A DNA stretch of 64,000 bases from an uncultured Solirubrobacterales bacterium (GCA_963846565.1 CAWJWL010000001.1:487013-551012); one strand, 5' to 3'. Positions 36,470 through 45,672 are shown, counted from the stretch's first letter. A program made the numbers and translations. The notes: generated from the letters alone by a model not told the origin.

Positions 36470-37855
36470 CGGCGCCGCGGCGATCGCCGGCGTTTGCGGC
36501 AAAGGTCGGCGTGGCTCGCGCGACCGGCTCGCTCAGCCGCCGCAGCGGCCGCGGCGGCGGCACGACCTTGCCGGGCCGGCTCCTGCTGCGGATGGCCCCC
36601 GACGCCATCGTCCGCGCTCGGCGCTCGCCTCGGCGACGGGTCGACGATCGTCAGCGCGACGAACGGCAAGACGACGACCGCGGGGATGCTCGCGTCCGCG
36701 CTGCGCGCCGCCGGGCGGACCCGGTCCACAACCGCGCGGGCTCGAACATGAGCTGGGGCGTCGCCACGGCGCTGCTCGAGCAGCGCGGCGACGAGGGGCT
36801 GTTCGAGGTCGACGAGGCGTGGCTGCCGCGGATGCGTCGCGAGCTCGACCCGCGCCTGATCGTCCTCGGCAACCTCTTCCGCGACCAGCTCGACCGCTAC
36901 GGCGAGCTCGAGCGCCTCGCCGACGAGTGGGCCGCGATGGTCGCAGGCCCGTCGCGGGCGGAGCGGTCTCGTGCCTCAACGCGGACGACCCGCTGATCGC
37001 CGACCTCGGCCGCGACCCGGCCTCGCGCCGCGCCGGTGACCTACTTCGGCATCGAGGACGCGTCGCAGGCCCTGCCCGAGCTCCAGCACGCTCACGACGC
37101 CAAGCACTGCCGCCGCTGCGGCGCGCCCTACTGCTACGAGCGCGCCTTCGTCGGCCACCTCGGCCATTACAGCTGCCCGAACTGCGAGGCAGACCGGCCG
37201 CGCCCGACGTCGCGCGCGACCGCGATCGAGCTGCACGGCATGGAGGGCTCGCGGATCGAGCGTCTCGACCCCGGGGGCGCAACTCGAGCTCGACCTCCCG
37301 CTGCCCGGCCTCTACAACGTCTACAACGCGCTCGCCGCGATCGCGACGGCGCTCGCCCTCGGGATCGCCCGGACCGCGATCGTCGCCGGGCTCGAGTCGG
37401 TCGAAGCCGCATTCGGCCGGGTCGAGACGATCGAGGTCGCGGCACCCCGGTCTCGATCCTTCTGATCAAGAACCCGGCGGGCGCGAACGAGGTGCTGCGG
37501 ACGCTGCGCGCTCGAGCACGGACGGGGACGGGCTCGACCTGTGGATCGCGCTCAACGACGGGATCGCCGATGGCCGCGACGTGTCCTGGGTCTGGGACGC
37601 CGACTTCGAGCTCCTCGCCGGATCCGTCCGCCGGGTCCACTGCGCCGGAACCCGCGCCGCGGAGATGGCGGTGCGGCTCAAGTACGCGGGGGTCGACCCG
37701 GAGCGGATCGTGGTCGAACCGACATCGCGCGCTCACTCGACGTCGCGGTCGGGAGGCCCCGGAGCGGCTTTTCGCCCTGCCCACCTACACGGCCCTGCTC
37801 GAGCTGCGGACGCTGCTCGACCGCCCGCGGACTAGCCGAGGAGTTCTGGGAATGA
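36466..37855 (+). pseudogene. murT: MurT (lipid II isoglutaminyl synthase, Mur-ligase subunit) interrupted by at least 9 frame changes
   Basis: Segments GSTIVSATNGKTTTAGML, FEVDEAWLP...LGNLFRDQLDRYGELE, LNADDPLIA, CRRCGAPYCYERAFVGHLGHYSCPNC, LPGLYNVYNALAA, ILLIKNPAGANEVLRTL, IALNDGIADGRDVSWVWDADFE, CAGTRAAEMAVRLKYAG, LPTYTALLELR and GLAEEFWE* alternate between frames. Confidence 0.8.
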
Positions 37856-38640
37856 GCGCTCTGACGCCTGACCCGGCTGCCCCCGGAGGCGAAGCCGACG
37901 AGGCGGGCGGAGCGTTCGGATTTGAAGCGATATGGCACGACGTCGAGTGCGGCGCCTATGCCGCGGACCTGCCGCTTTGGGCCGAGCTGGCGCACGAGTC
38001 CAAAGGATCGGTGCTGGAGCTCGGAGCCGGGACCGGCCGGGTGAGCCTGGCGCTCGCCGCCGAGCGGATCGACGTCACCGCGCTCGAGCGCTCGCCGGCC
38101 CTGCTCGCCGCGCTCCGCGAACGCGCGCGCGAACGCGCGCTCGAGGTCAAGGTCATTGCCGCTGACGCTCGCGACCTCGCGGCAAGGGGGGAGTTTGCGC
38201 TCGTGCTCGCGCCGATGCAGTTCGCTCACCTGCTCGGCGGCAGCGACGGGCGCCGCCGGACGCTCGAGCGCTGCGCCACGGCCCTTCGCCCCGGGGGCGC
38301 GGTTGCACTCGCGATCCTCGCCGACGTCCCGGCGACCGGCCTACCCGACGCGCCGCCCTACCCCGACGTGCGCGAGATCGACGGCTGGATCTACTCGAGC
38401 CAGCCAATCGAGGTCCGCCGGACGCCGGGCGGGCTCGAGTCTCGCCGTCTCCGCCAGGTGGTCTCCCCCGCCGGCGAGCTCAGCGACTCACTCGACCTCA
38501 TCCATCTCGACGCAGTCAGGGCCGCGGAGCTCGAGGCCGAGGGAGCGGCGGCTGGGCTGAGCGCGCGCGAGCGGATCCCGATTCCGCCGACCGACGACCA
38601 TCTCGGCTCCACCGTCGTCGTCCTCGAGGCGTCCTCATGA
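37852..38640 (+). CDS. Class I SAM-dependent methyltransferase located between murT and gatD
   Basis: Motif I VLELGAGTGRVSLALA. Intact 262-aa frame. The ATG overlaps the murT stop (ATGA), and its own stop overlaps the gatD ATG (ATGA). Confidence 0.8.
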   Translation: MSALTPDPAAPGGEADEAGGAFGFEAIWHDVECGAYAADLPLWAELAHESKGSVLELGAGTGRVSLALAAERIDVTALERSPALLAALRERARERALEVKVIAADARDLAARGEFALVLAPMQFAHLLGGSDGRRRTLERCATALRPGGAVALAILADVPATGLPDAPPYPDVREIDGWIYSSQPIEVRRTPGGLESRRLRQVVSPAGELSDSLDLIHLDAVRAAELEAEGAAAGLSARERIPIPPTDDHLGSTVVVLEASS

Positions 38641-39389
38641 GCTCGCCCACGCCCGGTCTGCGCCTGCTGGCGCTCTACCCCGAGCAGATGAACATCTACG
38701 CCGACCGCGGCAACATCCTCTTCCTACGACGCCGTTGCGAGTGGCGCGGAATCGGGTTCGAGCATGCGGTGGCGGGGCCCGGCGAGACATTCGACCCTGC
38801 GGCCCACGACCTGATCTACATCGGGGGCGGGCAGGACCGCGACCAGCGAATCGTCGCCGCCGACATGGTGGCGACGAAACGAGACGCGATCGCCGCGGCC
38901 GCAGGCGACGGAGCCGTTGTCCTCGCGGTATGCGGCGGCTACCAGCTCCTCGGCCACGGCTACGCGCTCGGCTCCGAGCGAATCGAGGGCCTCGGGCTGG
39001 TCGACCTCGAGACGGTGCGCGATCCGGGCCCGCGGCTGATCGGCAACGTCGCGATCGAGGCCGACCTCGGCGACGGCCCGCGCGTGATCGCGGGATTCGA
39101 GAACCACGGCGGGCGGACCCACCTGGGCGAGGGCGCGACGCCGCTCGGGCGGGTGCTCAAGGGGCATGGCAACAACGGTCGCGACGGCTTCGAGGGCATC
39201 CGCGACGGCAACGTGATCGGGACCTACCTCCACGGGCCACTGCTGCCGAAGAACGCCTGGCTCGCGGACCGCCTGATCGCGCTCGCGATCAGACGACGGA
39301 CCGGCTCCGTGCCGGAGCTCGAGCCGCTCGACGATGCGTTCGAGGACGCCGCGCACGACGGCGCGCGGGCGGCAGCGATGCGCGGATAG
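38637..39389 (+). CDS. gatD: GatD (lipid II isoglutaminyl synthase, glutaminase subunit; CobQ-like GATase)
   Basis: LYPEQMNIYADRGN. Nucleophile context VLAVCGGYQLLG. YLHGPLLPKN. Confidence 0.88.
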   Translation: MSSPTPGLRLLALYPEQMNIYADRGNILFLRRRCEWRGIGFEHAVAGPGETFDPAAHDLIYIGGGQDRDQRIVAADMVATKRDAIAAAAGDGAVVLAVCGGYQLLGHGYALGSERIEGLGLVDLETVRDPGPRLIGNVAIEADLGDGPRVIAGFENHGGRTHLGEGATPLGRVLKGHGNNGRDGFEGIRDGNVIGTYLHGPLLPKNAWLADRLIALAIRRRTGSVPELEPLDDAFEDAAHDGARAAAMRG

Positions 39390-39392
39390 CGA

Positions 39393-39596
39393 GTGCCGGC
39401 CCGCGGCTTCAGCTGGAAGGCGACCAAGGACGGGCGCGTACGCATCTCCCACCACGGCCGGGTCGTCACGACACTCGCCGGCGATCGAGCCGCCGCGTTT
39501 CGAAGCCGGGTCGAGGCGGGCGACGAAGCGGGGGCGCAGGCCCTGATGGCCCGCGCGACGGGCAATTACAGGCGCGGCAACGAGCGTCGCGGCTAG
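39393..39596 (+). CDS. Small conserved-looking hypothetical protein (67 aa)
   Basis: GTG start 4 nt after the gatD stop. Coding-like composition. Confidence 0.45.
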   Translation: MPARGFSWKATKDGRVRISHHGRVVTTLAGDRAAAFRSRVEAGDEAGAQALMARATGNYRRGNERRG

Positions 39597-39599
39597 CGG

Positions 39600-39854
39600 A
39601 TGCCGCGGTGTGTGCGGGCCTGGATCGGGTACCAAGCGAGCATCGGCGATACAGACGAGACACCGGAGAAGGAGACCCGCGACGCGGAGCGCGAGGTCGA
39701 TCAGGAACTCGGCGAGCTCGAGCGCGAGGCCGACGACATGGAGGATCGCCTCGCCGAGCAGGCGGACGACGACGACACACGTGCCGAGGTGCCGGAGTCC
39801 GGCGTCGACGCGCCGAAAGACGCGGACGAGTCGGCGGAGTCAGCCAGCGAGTAG
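39600..39854 (+). CDS. Highly acidic small hypothetical protein (84 aa)
   Basis: G/C-rich third positions. D/E-rich low complexity. Start uncertain. Confidence 0.35.
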   Translation: MPRCVRAWIGYQASIGDTDETPEKETRDAEREVDQELGELEREADDMEDRLAEQADDDDTRAEVPESGVDAPKDADESAESASE

Positions 39855-40304
39855 CCGCGCAGCTTCCACGGCGTCGAGCCGGTTGAAGAACAGCTCCACA
39901 CGGGCGACTTTCCCGTCGCGCAGCGTCAGCAGGTTGCCTCCGTCGAGCGCGATCTCCGCTCCGTGTGTCTTCGAGCGACCTTGGTAGGTCAGCAGGACGA
40001 GCACCCGCTGATCGTCGACGTCCACGAATCCGGCCGGAGTCACGACCCAGGATTCCCAGGCAGAGAGATAGTCGCGCCAGAGCGCGATGAACCCGTCGAT
40101 GCCCTTGGATACGCCCTCGCCTGGGGATTGACCTATCCCGAGCCCGGCCGCCCGTGGATCGTGGACCGTCTCGAACTCGGGATGGAAAAGGGACTCAAAA
40201 TGACCACGAGCCGCATCGAGAGCCTCCGGTGTCGCGATCGCGGCGGTCATGTCGATCGGGGCGGCGAACAGTGCCTTCGCGGCCTCGAGGTTGGCTTCCG
40301 ACAT
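39840..40304 (-). CDS. SnoaL/NTF2-like fold protein
   Basis: Start at MSEANLE. Size and pattern (VDVDDQRVLVLLTYQGRSKTHG...VARVELF) fit the NTF2-like family. Confidence 0.55.
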   Translation of the reverse strand: MSEANLEAAKALFAAPIDMTAAIATPEALDAARGHFESLFHPEFETVHDPRAAGLGIGQSPGEGVSKGIDGFIALWRDYLSAWESWVVTPAGFVDVDDQRVLVLLTYQGRSKTHGAEIALDGGNLLTLRDGKVARVELFFNRLDAVEAARLLAG

Positions 40305-40326
40305 CGCCCGCGCAGTATCGCGCCGC

Positions 40327-40758
40327 TCAGCGACCCGAGGAGCCGAAGCCGCCCTCACCGCGCGCCGTGGCGCTCAGCTCGGCGGCCTCGACCGGCACGG
40401 CAGCGACGAACGGCGTGAGCAGGAGTTGCGCGATGCGCTCGCCCGGGGCGATCTCGAAGTGGTCTTCGCGGTCGGTGTTCAGCAGCAGCACGCGAACCTC
40501 GCCGCGATAGCCGGCGTCGATCAGCCCGGGAGCGTTGACGAGCGCGATCCCGTGACGCGCCGCCAGCCCCGAGCGCGGCAGCACCAGGCCCGCATGGCCG
40601 GGCGGGACCTCGATCGCGATCCCGGTGCCGACGCTGGCGCGCTCGCCGGGCGCGAGGATCGCCGGCTCGGCGGCGTACAGGTCGAGCCCGGCGTCGCCCT
40701 CGTTGGCGCGTGACGGCAGGGTCGCCTCATCGCTCAGCTTGCGGACCGGAAGCTCCAT
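40327..40758 (-). CDS. dut: dUTP diphosphatase
   Basis: GDAGLDLY, PRSGLA, GLIDAGYRGE and RGEGGFGSSG motifs. Start at MELPVRK. Confidence 0.92.
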   Translation of the reverse strand: MELPVRKLSDEATLPSRANEGDAGLDLYAAEPAILAPGERASVGTGIAIEVPPGHAGLVLPRSGLAARHGIALVNAPGLIDAGYRGEVRVLLLNTDREDHFEIAPGERIAQLLLTPFVAAVPVEAAELSATARGEGGFGSSGR

Positions 40759-40786
40759 CGGCGGCAGGGTATGCACCGAGGAGGCG

Positions 40787-42127
40787 TCAGTCGACGGGGT
40801 CGGCGCCGTTCGGCGAGCCGTTGAGCGCAAACTCGGCAAATCGGTGCGCCAGCGCCCCCGGAATCCGGGCGCGAACCAGGACGCCCTCGGCGCGCTCCTC
40901 ACGCTCCACGTCGCCGCCGAGCTCGTAGAGCTCCGAGAGCCGGCCGCCCTCCGAGTAGGGCACGAGCAGCTCGACCGGGCGCAGGGTCTCCTCGAAGGCC
41001 AGCTCGATCCGGTCGCGAAGCTCCTCGAGACCCTCGCCGGTCACCGCCGAGACGCCGATCGCGTCCGCGTCGCCGACGAGCAGGTCGCGGCGCGCCTCGT
41101 CGTCGAGCAGGTCGACCTTGTTGAAGACGAGCAGTCGCGGGTGGGCGCCCGCGCCGATCTCCTCCAGGGTCCCGTCGACGGCGGCAATCGCCGCCTCGCG
41201 GTCGGGGGCCGCTTCGGAGCCGTCGACGACGTGGACGATCAGGTCTGCGAGGCGCGTCTCCTCGAGCGTCGCCTTGAACGCCTCGACCACCTGATGCGGC
41301 AGCTTGCGGATGAAGCCGACCGTGTCCGTGGCGAGGTACTTGCGCCCGTGGTGCTCGTAGCCGCGCGTCGTCGGGTCGAGGGTGTGGAAGAGCCGCTCCC
41401 CCACGCCGACGCCTGCGCCGGTGAGCGCGTTCAGAAGGGTGGACTTGCCGGCGTTCGTGTAGCCCGCGAGCGCCACCTGAGGCACCGTCGCCGACTCGCG
41501 CTGGGCGCGCTGGACGCCGCGGTTCTGCTCGACGTGCTCGAGGCGGCGCCGCAGAGCGGAGATCCGGTCGCGCGCGAGGCGGCGGTCGGTCTCGATCTGG
41601 GACTCACCAGGTCCCCTGGTCCCGATGCCGCCGTCCATGCGCCCGGCGCCGAGGCGCTCGAGATGGGTCCAGAGGCCGCGCATGCGGGCGAGGTTGTATT
41701 GGAGCTGTGCGAGCTCGACCTGGAGCTTGCCCTCGGCCGTGTGGGCATGGTCGGCGAAGATGTCGAGGATGATCGCCGTGCGGTCGATCACCGGTGTGTC
41801 GAGCGCGGCCTCGAGGTTTCGCTCCTGGCGTGGCGCGAGCTCGTCGTCGCATGCGATCAGGTTCGCCCCGGTGCGCTTCACCTCCGCCTTCAGCTCGTCG
41901 AGCTTGCCGCGGCCGAAGTAGCGGTCCGGATCCGGCTGCGGGCGCACCTGGACCATCTCACCCGCGGTGGCGACGCCCGCTGTGCGCAGGAGCTCCTTCA
42001 GCTCGGCGAGCGGGTCGCTCTCCCCCACCGCCTGCGGCGCGACGCCGATCGCGAGCGCACGCTGACGCGCGCGCTTGTTCTGCACGCCGGCCACGGGAAC
42101 GACTCCGTTTTCGGGCGATTCGGCCAT
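40787..42127 (-). CDS. hflX: GTPase HflX
   Basis: HflX N-domain RYFGRGKLDELK. G1 LAGYTNAGKST. G3 DTVGF. G4 NKVD. Confidence 0.92.
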   Translation of the reverse strand: MAESPENGVVPVAGVQNKRARQRALAIGVAPQAVGESDPLAELKELLRTAGVATAGEMVQVRPQPDPDRYFGRGKLDELKAEVKRTGANLIACDDELAPRQERNLEAALDTPVIDRTAIILDIFADHAHTAEGKLQVELAQLQYNLARMRGLWTHLERLGAGRMDGGIGTRGPGESQIETDRRLARDRISALRRRLEHVEQNRGVQRAQRESATVPQVALAGYTNAGKSTLLNALTGAGVGVGERLFHTLDPTTRGYEHHGRKYLATDTVGFIRKLPHQVVEAFKATLEETRLADLIVHVVDGSEAAPDREAAIAAVDGTLEEIGAGAHPRLLVFNKVDLLDDEARRDLLVGDADAIGVSAVTGEGLEELRDRIELAFEETLRPVELLVPYSEGGRLSELYELGGDVEREERAEGVLVRARIPGALAHRFAEFALNGSPNGADPVD

Positions 42128-42166
42128 CCGATCAGTGTAGGCGCGTGGCGGCGAAGAGCGGTGGGG

Positions 42167-43051
42167 CTAGCACGTGAGCGGCGGATTCGGTAGACGCCCG
42201 ACGCTGAGTCCGATGTCGCTCACGTAGGGCAGGGCGCCCGCGGCGCAGGCATTCGCGACCGCCTCCGCTTGCGCGGCTGCGTCGGCTGGCGCGGTGTAGT
42301 CGGTCGCGGTTACGACCAGCCCCCGCGCGACGACGTCGCGGATCTCGCGCAGGGCGGCCTCGCGGACCCGGTCCGGATTGCGGACGTACCGCTTGCGATC
42401 GAAGTCGTAGCCCCACGTGACGTCCTCGCGGTTCCAACCGTCAAATGCGGCGAAGAGGCCGAGCTTCTCGAACCCCCAGTGCCCGTTCTGGGCGAAGAGC
42501 AGCCGTCCGTCGGCGTCGACCAGCCGCTCGAGGGCGAACACCAGCTTCTTCATGCCGGCCCGCTGATCGCGGTGGTTCCGGGTCTCGATCATGTCGACGT
42601 TGTCGAGGAAGAGGCCGTCGAACCCCTTGGCGAGGATCGCGGGCGCGATCCGGCCGGCGAGCTCCCGCCGCAGGCCGCCCTTCGAGACGTCCGCGAACCA
42701 CTCGTCCTCCCAGTCCCGCCACGCCTCGAGCCGGTACTGCTTGATGCGCCGGTACCAGCTCCGGTAGGACTCGATCGTGCCGACGCTGAGGTAGGCGAGC
42801 ACGGTCGCGCCCTGCGCCTTCAGCGCGGCGACGTCCTCCGCCGTCGCCTCCTCGCCGTCGACGACGACCAGGTCGAAGGTCCCGAGCCGCGCGGCGGCCG
42901 CGCCCGCGTCACCGCCCAGCATCCCGTTCCCGATGCCGAAGGCGAACGAGGTCGCCGGCAGCGTGCGCTCGCGTGGGGTCGCCTGAGTGGCGAGCAGGGC
43001 ACTCGTGGCGGCGATCGCCGCGAGCGAGACGAACACGGATAGTCTTCGCAT
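42167..43051 (-). CDS. Exported GH114-like glycoside hydrolase (endo-alpha-1,4-polygalactosaminidase-like)
   Basis: Signal MRRLSVFVSLAAIAATSALLA. GFDGLFLDNVD motif. Start fixed by frame at 43051. Confidence 0.65.
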   Translation of the reverse strand: MRRLSVFVSLAAIAATSALLATQATPRERTLPATSFAFGIGNGMLGGDAGAAAARLGTFDLVVVDGEEATAEDVAALKAQGATVLAYLSVGTIESYRSWYRRIKQYRLEAWRDWEDEWFADVSKGGLRRELAGRIAPAILAKGFDGLFLDNVDMIETRNHRDQRAGMKKLVFALERLVDADGRLLFAQNGHWGFEKLGLFAAFDGWNREDVTWGYDFDRKRYVRNPDRVREAALREIRDVVARGLVVTATDYTAPADAAAQAEAVANACAAGALPYVSDIGLSVGRLPNPPLTC

Positions 43052-43054
43052 GAG

Positions 43055-44032
43055 ATGAGGGTATTCCTCACCGGAGGGACCGGGTTCATCGGGGGGCATG
43101 TGGCCCGTCGGCTGCGCGAGCGAGGGGACGACGTCGTCGCCCTGGCGCGCGACGCGGAGAAGGGCCGCGCGCTCGCCGATCTCGGGTGCGAGGTCGTCGC
43201 CGGGGACCTCTCGGACGTAGGCGCGATCGAGGCCGGTCTCGAAGGGTGCGGGGCGGCGATCCACGGCGCCGCGATCTACGAGGTCGGGATCCCGAAGGCG
43301 GAGCGCCCGCGGATGTACGAGGCGAACGTGGTCGGGACCGAGAACGTCCTCGGAGCCTGCCTCGCGGCGAAGACGCCGCGGGTGGTCTACATCTCGACCA
43401 TCGGCGCGTACGGCAACACCCGCGGCGTGGTGGTCGACGAGACCTACGAGCATCCCGGCAAGGACTTCACTTCCTACTACGAGGAAACGAAGACTCGGGC
43501 CCACGCGGTCGCCGAGCGCCTCACGGGAGAAGGCCTACCGCTGATCATCGTCCAGCCGGGCGGCGTCTACGGCCCCGACGACCACTCGGCGATCGGCAAG
43601 CAGATGGATGACTTCCTCGCCGGGCGCATGCCGGCGATCGCCTTCCCCGACCTGGGGATGAACATGGTCCACGTCGAGGATGTCGCCGCCGGCGTGCTGC
43701 TCGCCCTCGACAAGGGCGTGGTCGGCGAGTCCTACAACCTCGGCGGCGAGATCACGACGATGCGCGGCCTGATCACGACGCTCGCCGGCGTCGCGGGCAA
43801 GAAGCCGCCGAAGCGGAACGTCCCCACCGTCCTGATCAAGGCGATCGCACCCGCCGGGCCCGTGGTCGGAAAGCTCATGGGCCAGCCACCGAACATGCGG
43901 GAGCTGATCTCCTCGGGCGACGGCGTCACCTTCTGGGCCAAGCACGAGAAGGCGATCGCCGAGCTCGGCTACGACCCCCGCGACCTCGAGACCGGTCTTC
44001 GCGACATGCTCGAGGCCGAGACGGCGAATTAG
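43055..44032 (+). CDS. NAD-dependent epimerase/dehydratase (extended SDR)
   Basis: VFLTGGTGFIGGHV Rossmann motif. YxxxK in YYEETK. Confidence 0.85.
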   Translation: MRVFLTGGTGFIGGHVARRLRERGDDVVALARDAEKGRALADLGCEVVAGDLSDVGAIEAGLEGCGAAIHGAAIYEVGIPKAERPRMYEANVVGTENVLGACLAAKTPRVVYISTIGAYGNTRGVVVDETYEHPGKDFTSYYEETKTRAHAVAERLTGEGLPLIIVQPGGVYGPDDHSAIGKQMDDFLAGRMPAIAFPDLGMNMVHVEDVAAGVLLALDKGVVGESYNLGGEITTMRGLITTLAGVAGKKPPKRNVPTVLIKAIAPAGPVVGKLMGQPPNMRELISSGDGVTFWAKHEKAIAELGYDPRDLETGLRDMLEAETAN

Positions 44033-44064
44033 GGTGCCCTAACACCTGTGCTAGCTTCGTCGGC

Positions 44065-44265
44065 GTGGCGAAGGTGCGGCAGGTGAAGGCGAAGGGCAAG
44101 TGCTGCGAGTCAGCGCCGCGATGCAAGCGCTGCCCGGTCGTTCTCGCTCGACTCGAGGCCTCAGGCCACGCGACGCGACTGGACAAGCGGCACTACGCGG
44201 TCGTTCGCAAGCTGAAGCCGAAGGTTCTCAGGCGCGCCCGCCGGCGCAACGTAGCGAGGCCGTAG
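44065..44265 (+). CDS. Small basic Cys-rich protein (66 aa)
   Basis: GTG start. KGKCCESAPRCKRCP cluster of four Cys. K/R-rich. G/C-rich third positions. Confidence 0.45.
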   Translation: MAKVRQVKAKGKCCESAPRCKRCPVVLARLEASGHATRLDKRHYAVVRKLKPKVLRRARRRNVARP

Positions 44266-44273
44266 GACCGGGG

Positions 44274-45635
44274 CTAGTAGCCGGTGCCGGTGTGGACGCG
44301 CTGGCGCTCTTCCTCGTGCAGCCCGCCCTTCTTCGCGAGGGTCTCGCAGGCCTCGGCGATGTCGCTGGCGAGCAGGTCCGTTCGGGCGCGGTCGAGGTTC
44401 GACTTCACGAGGGCGCGCATCACGGTCACCGATTCGGCGTTCGGCGGCATCGTGTAGGCCGGGAGCATCCAGCCGCGCTCGGAGGCGAGCTGGCCGGAGA
44501 TGTCGAACTCGTCGTAGTTCTGCTCCTCGGAGAGGCGGAAGCAGACGAGCGGCAGCTGTTCGTTCTCGGCGCCGATCATCTCGAAGCGGCCCATCTCCTC
44601 GAGGAGCCGGCGCAGGTGCTCCGTGTTCTTTCGCATCGACTCGGCGACCTCGGCGTAGCCCTCCCGGCCGAGGCGGCAGAACATGTAGTACTGCGCGAGC
44701 ACATGCGAGCTTCCGGTGGAGAAGTTGAGCGTGAAGGTGGCGTCGGTCTCGCCGAGGTAGTTCTCGTAGAAGACGATGTCCTCGGGCAGCTCCTCCCGAG
44801 ATCGCAGGACGAGCCAGCCGACCCCCGGGTAGACGTAGCCGAACTTGTGCCCGGACACGTTGATCGAGCTGACCTGCTCGAGCCGGAAGTCCCACTTCGT
44901 CTCCGGGTAGAGGAACGGCCAGATGAAGCCGCCGCTGGCGGCGTCGACGTGGAGCGGGATGTCGAGCCCCCGGTCGTTCTTCACCTTGACGAGGAGGTCG
45001 TTGATGCCCTCCACGTCGTCGCACTCGCCGGTGAACGTGGTCCCGAGCACGGCGGCCACGCCGATCGTGTTCTCGTCGATCAGCGGCTCGACGTCGTCCG
45101 GCCCGATCGTGAACTTCTTCTCGGTCAGCGGGATGATCCGTGGCTCGACCTCGAAGTAGCGGCAGAACTTCTCCCAGACGACGTGGACGTCACCGCCGAA
45201 GACGAGGTTCGGCTGTGAGATGTCCCCACCGGCATCCCCGCGCGCCTTCTTCCAGCGCCACTTGGCCGCCAGCCCGCCGAGCATGATCGCCTCCGAGGAG
45301 CCCTGACAGCGCGCTCCGGCGGCCTCGCCGGGCGCGTTGAAGAGGTCGCCGAGCATGCGCACGCAGCGCCGCTCGATCTCGGCCGAGCGCGGGTACTCAG
45401 CGTGGTCGATGAAGTTCGTGTGCAGGTGCTCGAGGATGAGCTTCTCGGCCTCCGGCTCCATGAACGTGCAGACGAAGGTCGCGAGGTTGCGGAAGGTGTC
45501 GCCGTCGAGGTTGGTCTCCTGGTCGACCAGCTCGTACGCGTCGCGCGGAGCCATCCCGGCGTCCGGGAACTTCGTCTCCGGTACCCCCTCGGTGAAGAAG
45601 CGTGGGAGGTAGCCACCCCGTGCATCCATGCTCAC
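44274..45635 (-). CDS. gad: Glutamate decarboxylase (PLP-dependent)
   Basis: PLP-lysine context NVSGHKFGYVYPGVGW. Family-typical N-terminus. Confidence 0.9.
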   Translation of the reverse strand: MSMDARGGYLPRFFTEGVPETKFPDAGMAPRDAYELVDQETNLDGDTFRNLATFVCTFMEPEAEKLILEHLHTNFIDHAEYPRSAEIERRCVRMLGDLFNAPGEAAGARCQGSSEAIMLGGLAAKWRWKKARGDAGGDISQPNLVFGGDVHVVWEKFCRYFEVEPRIIPLTEKKFTIGPDDVEPLIDENTIGVAAVLGTTFTGECDDVEGINDLLVKVKNDRGLDIPLHVDAASGGFIWPFLYPETKWDFRLEQVSSINVSGHKFGYVYPGVGWLVLRSREELPEDIVFYENYLGETDATFTLNFSTGSSHVLAQYYMFCRLGREGYAEVAESMRKNTEHLRRLLEEMGRFEMIGAENEQLPLVCFRLSEEQNYDEFDISGQLASERGWMLPAYTMPPNAESVTVMRALVKSNLDRARTDLLASDIAEACETLAKKGGLHEEERQRVHTGTGY

Positions 45636-45672
45636 CGGGCGGACACTATCGCCCCGGATAGCCCGGCCGCGC

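Noticed and set aside
37036-38640. 534-aa ORF that could be read as a MurT-methyltransferase fusion.
   Set aside because: Only scattered segments of its first half are MurT-like, and the rest of that half is Arg-rich out-of-frame read-through. The murT C-terminus GLAEEFWE* ends in another frame at 37855, overlapping the methyltransferase ATG.
40625-42193. 522-aa plus-strand ORF.
   Set aside because: It is antisense to hflX and dut. This is a shadow ORF.
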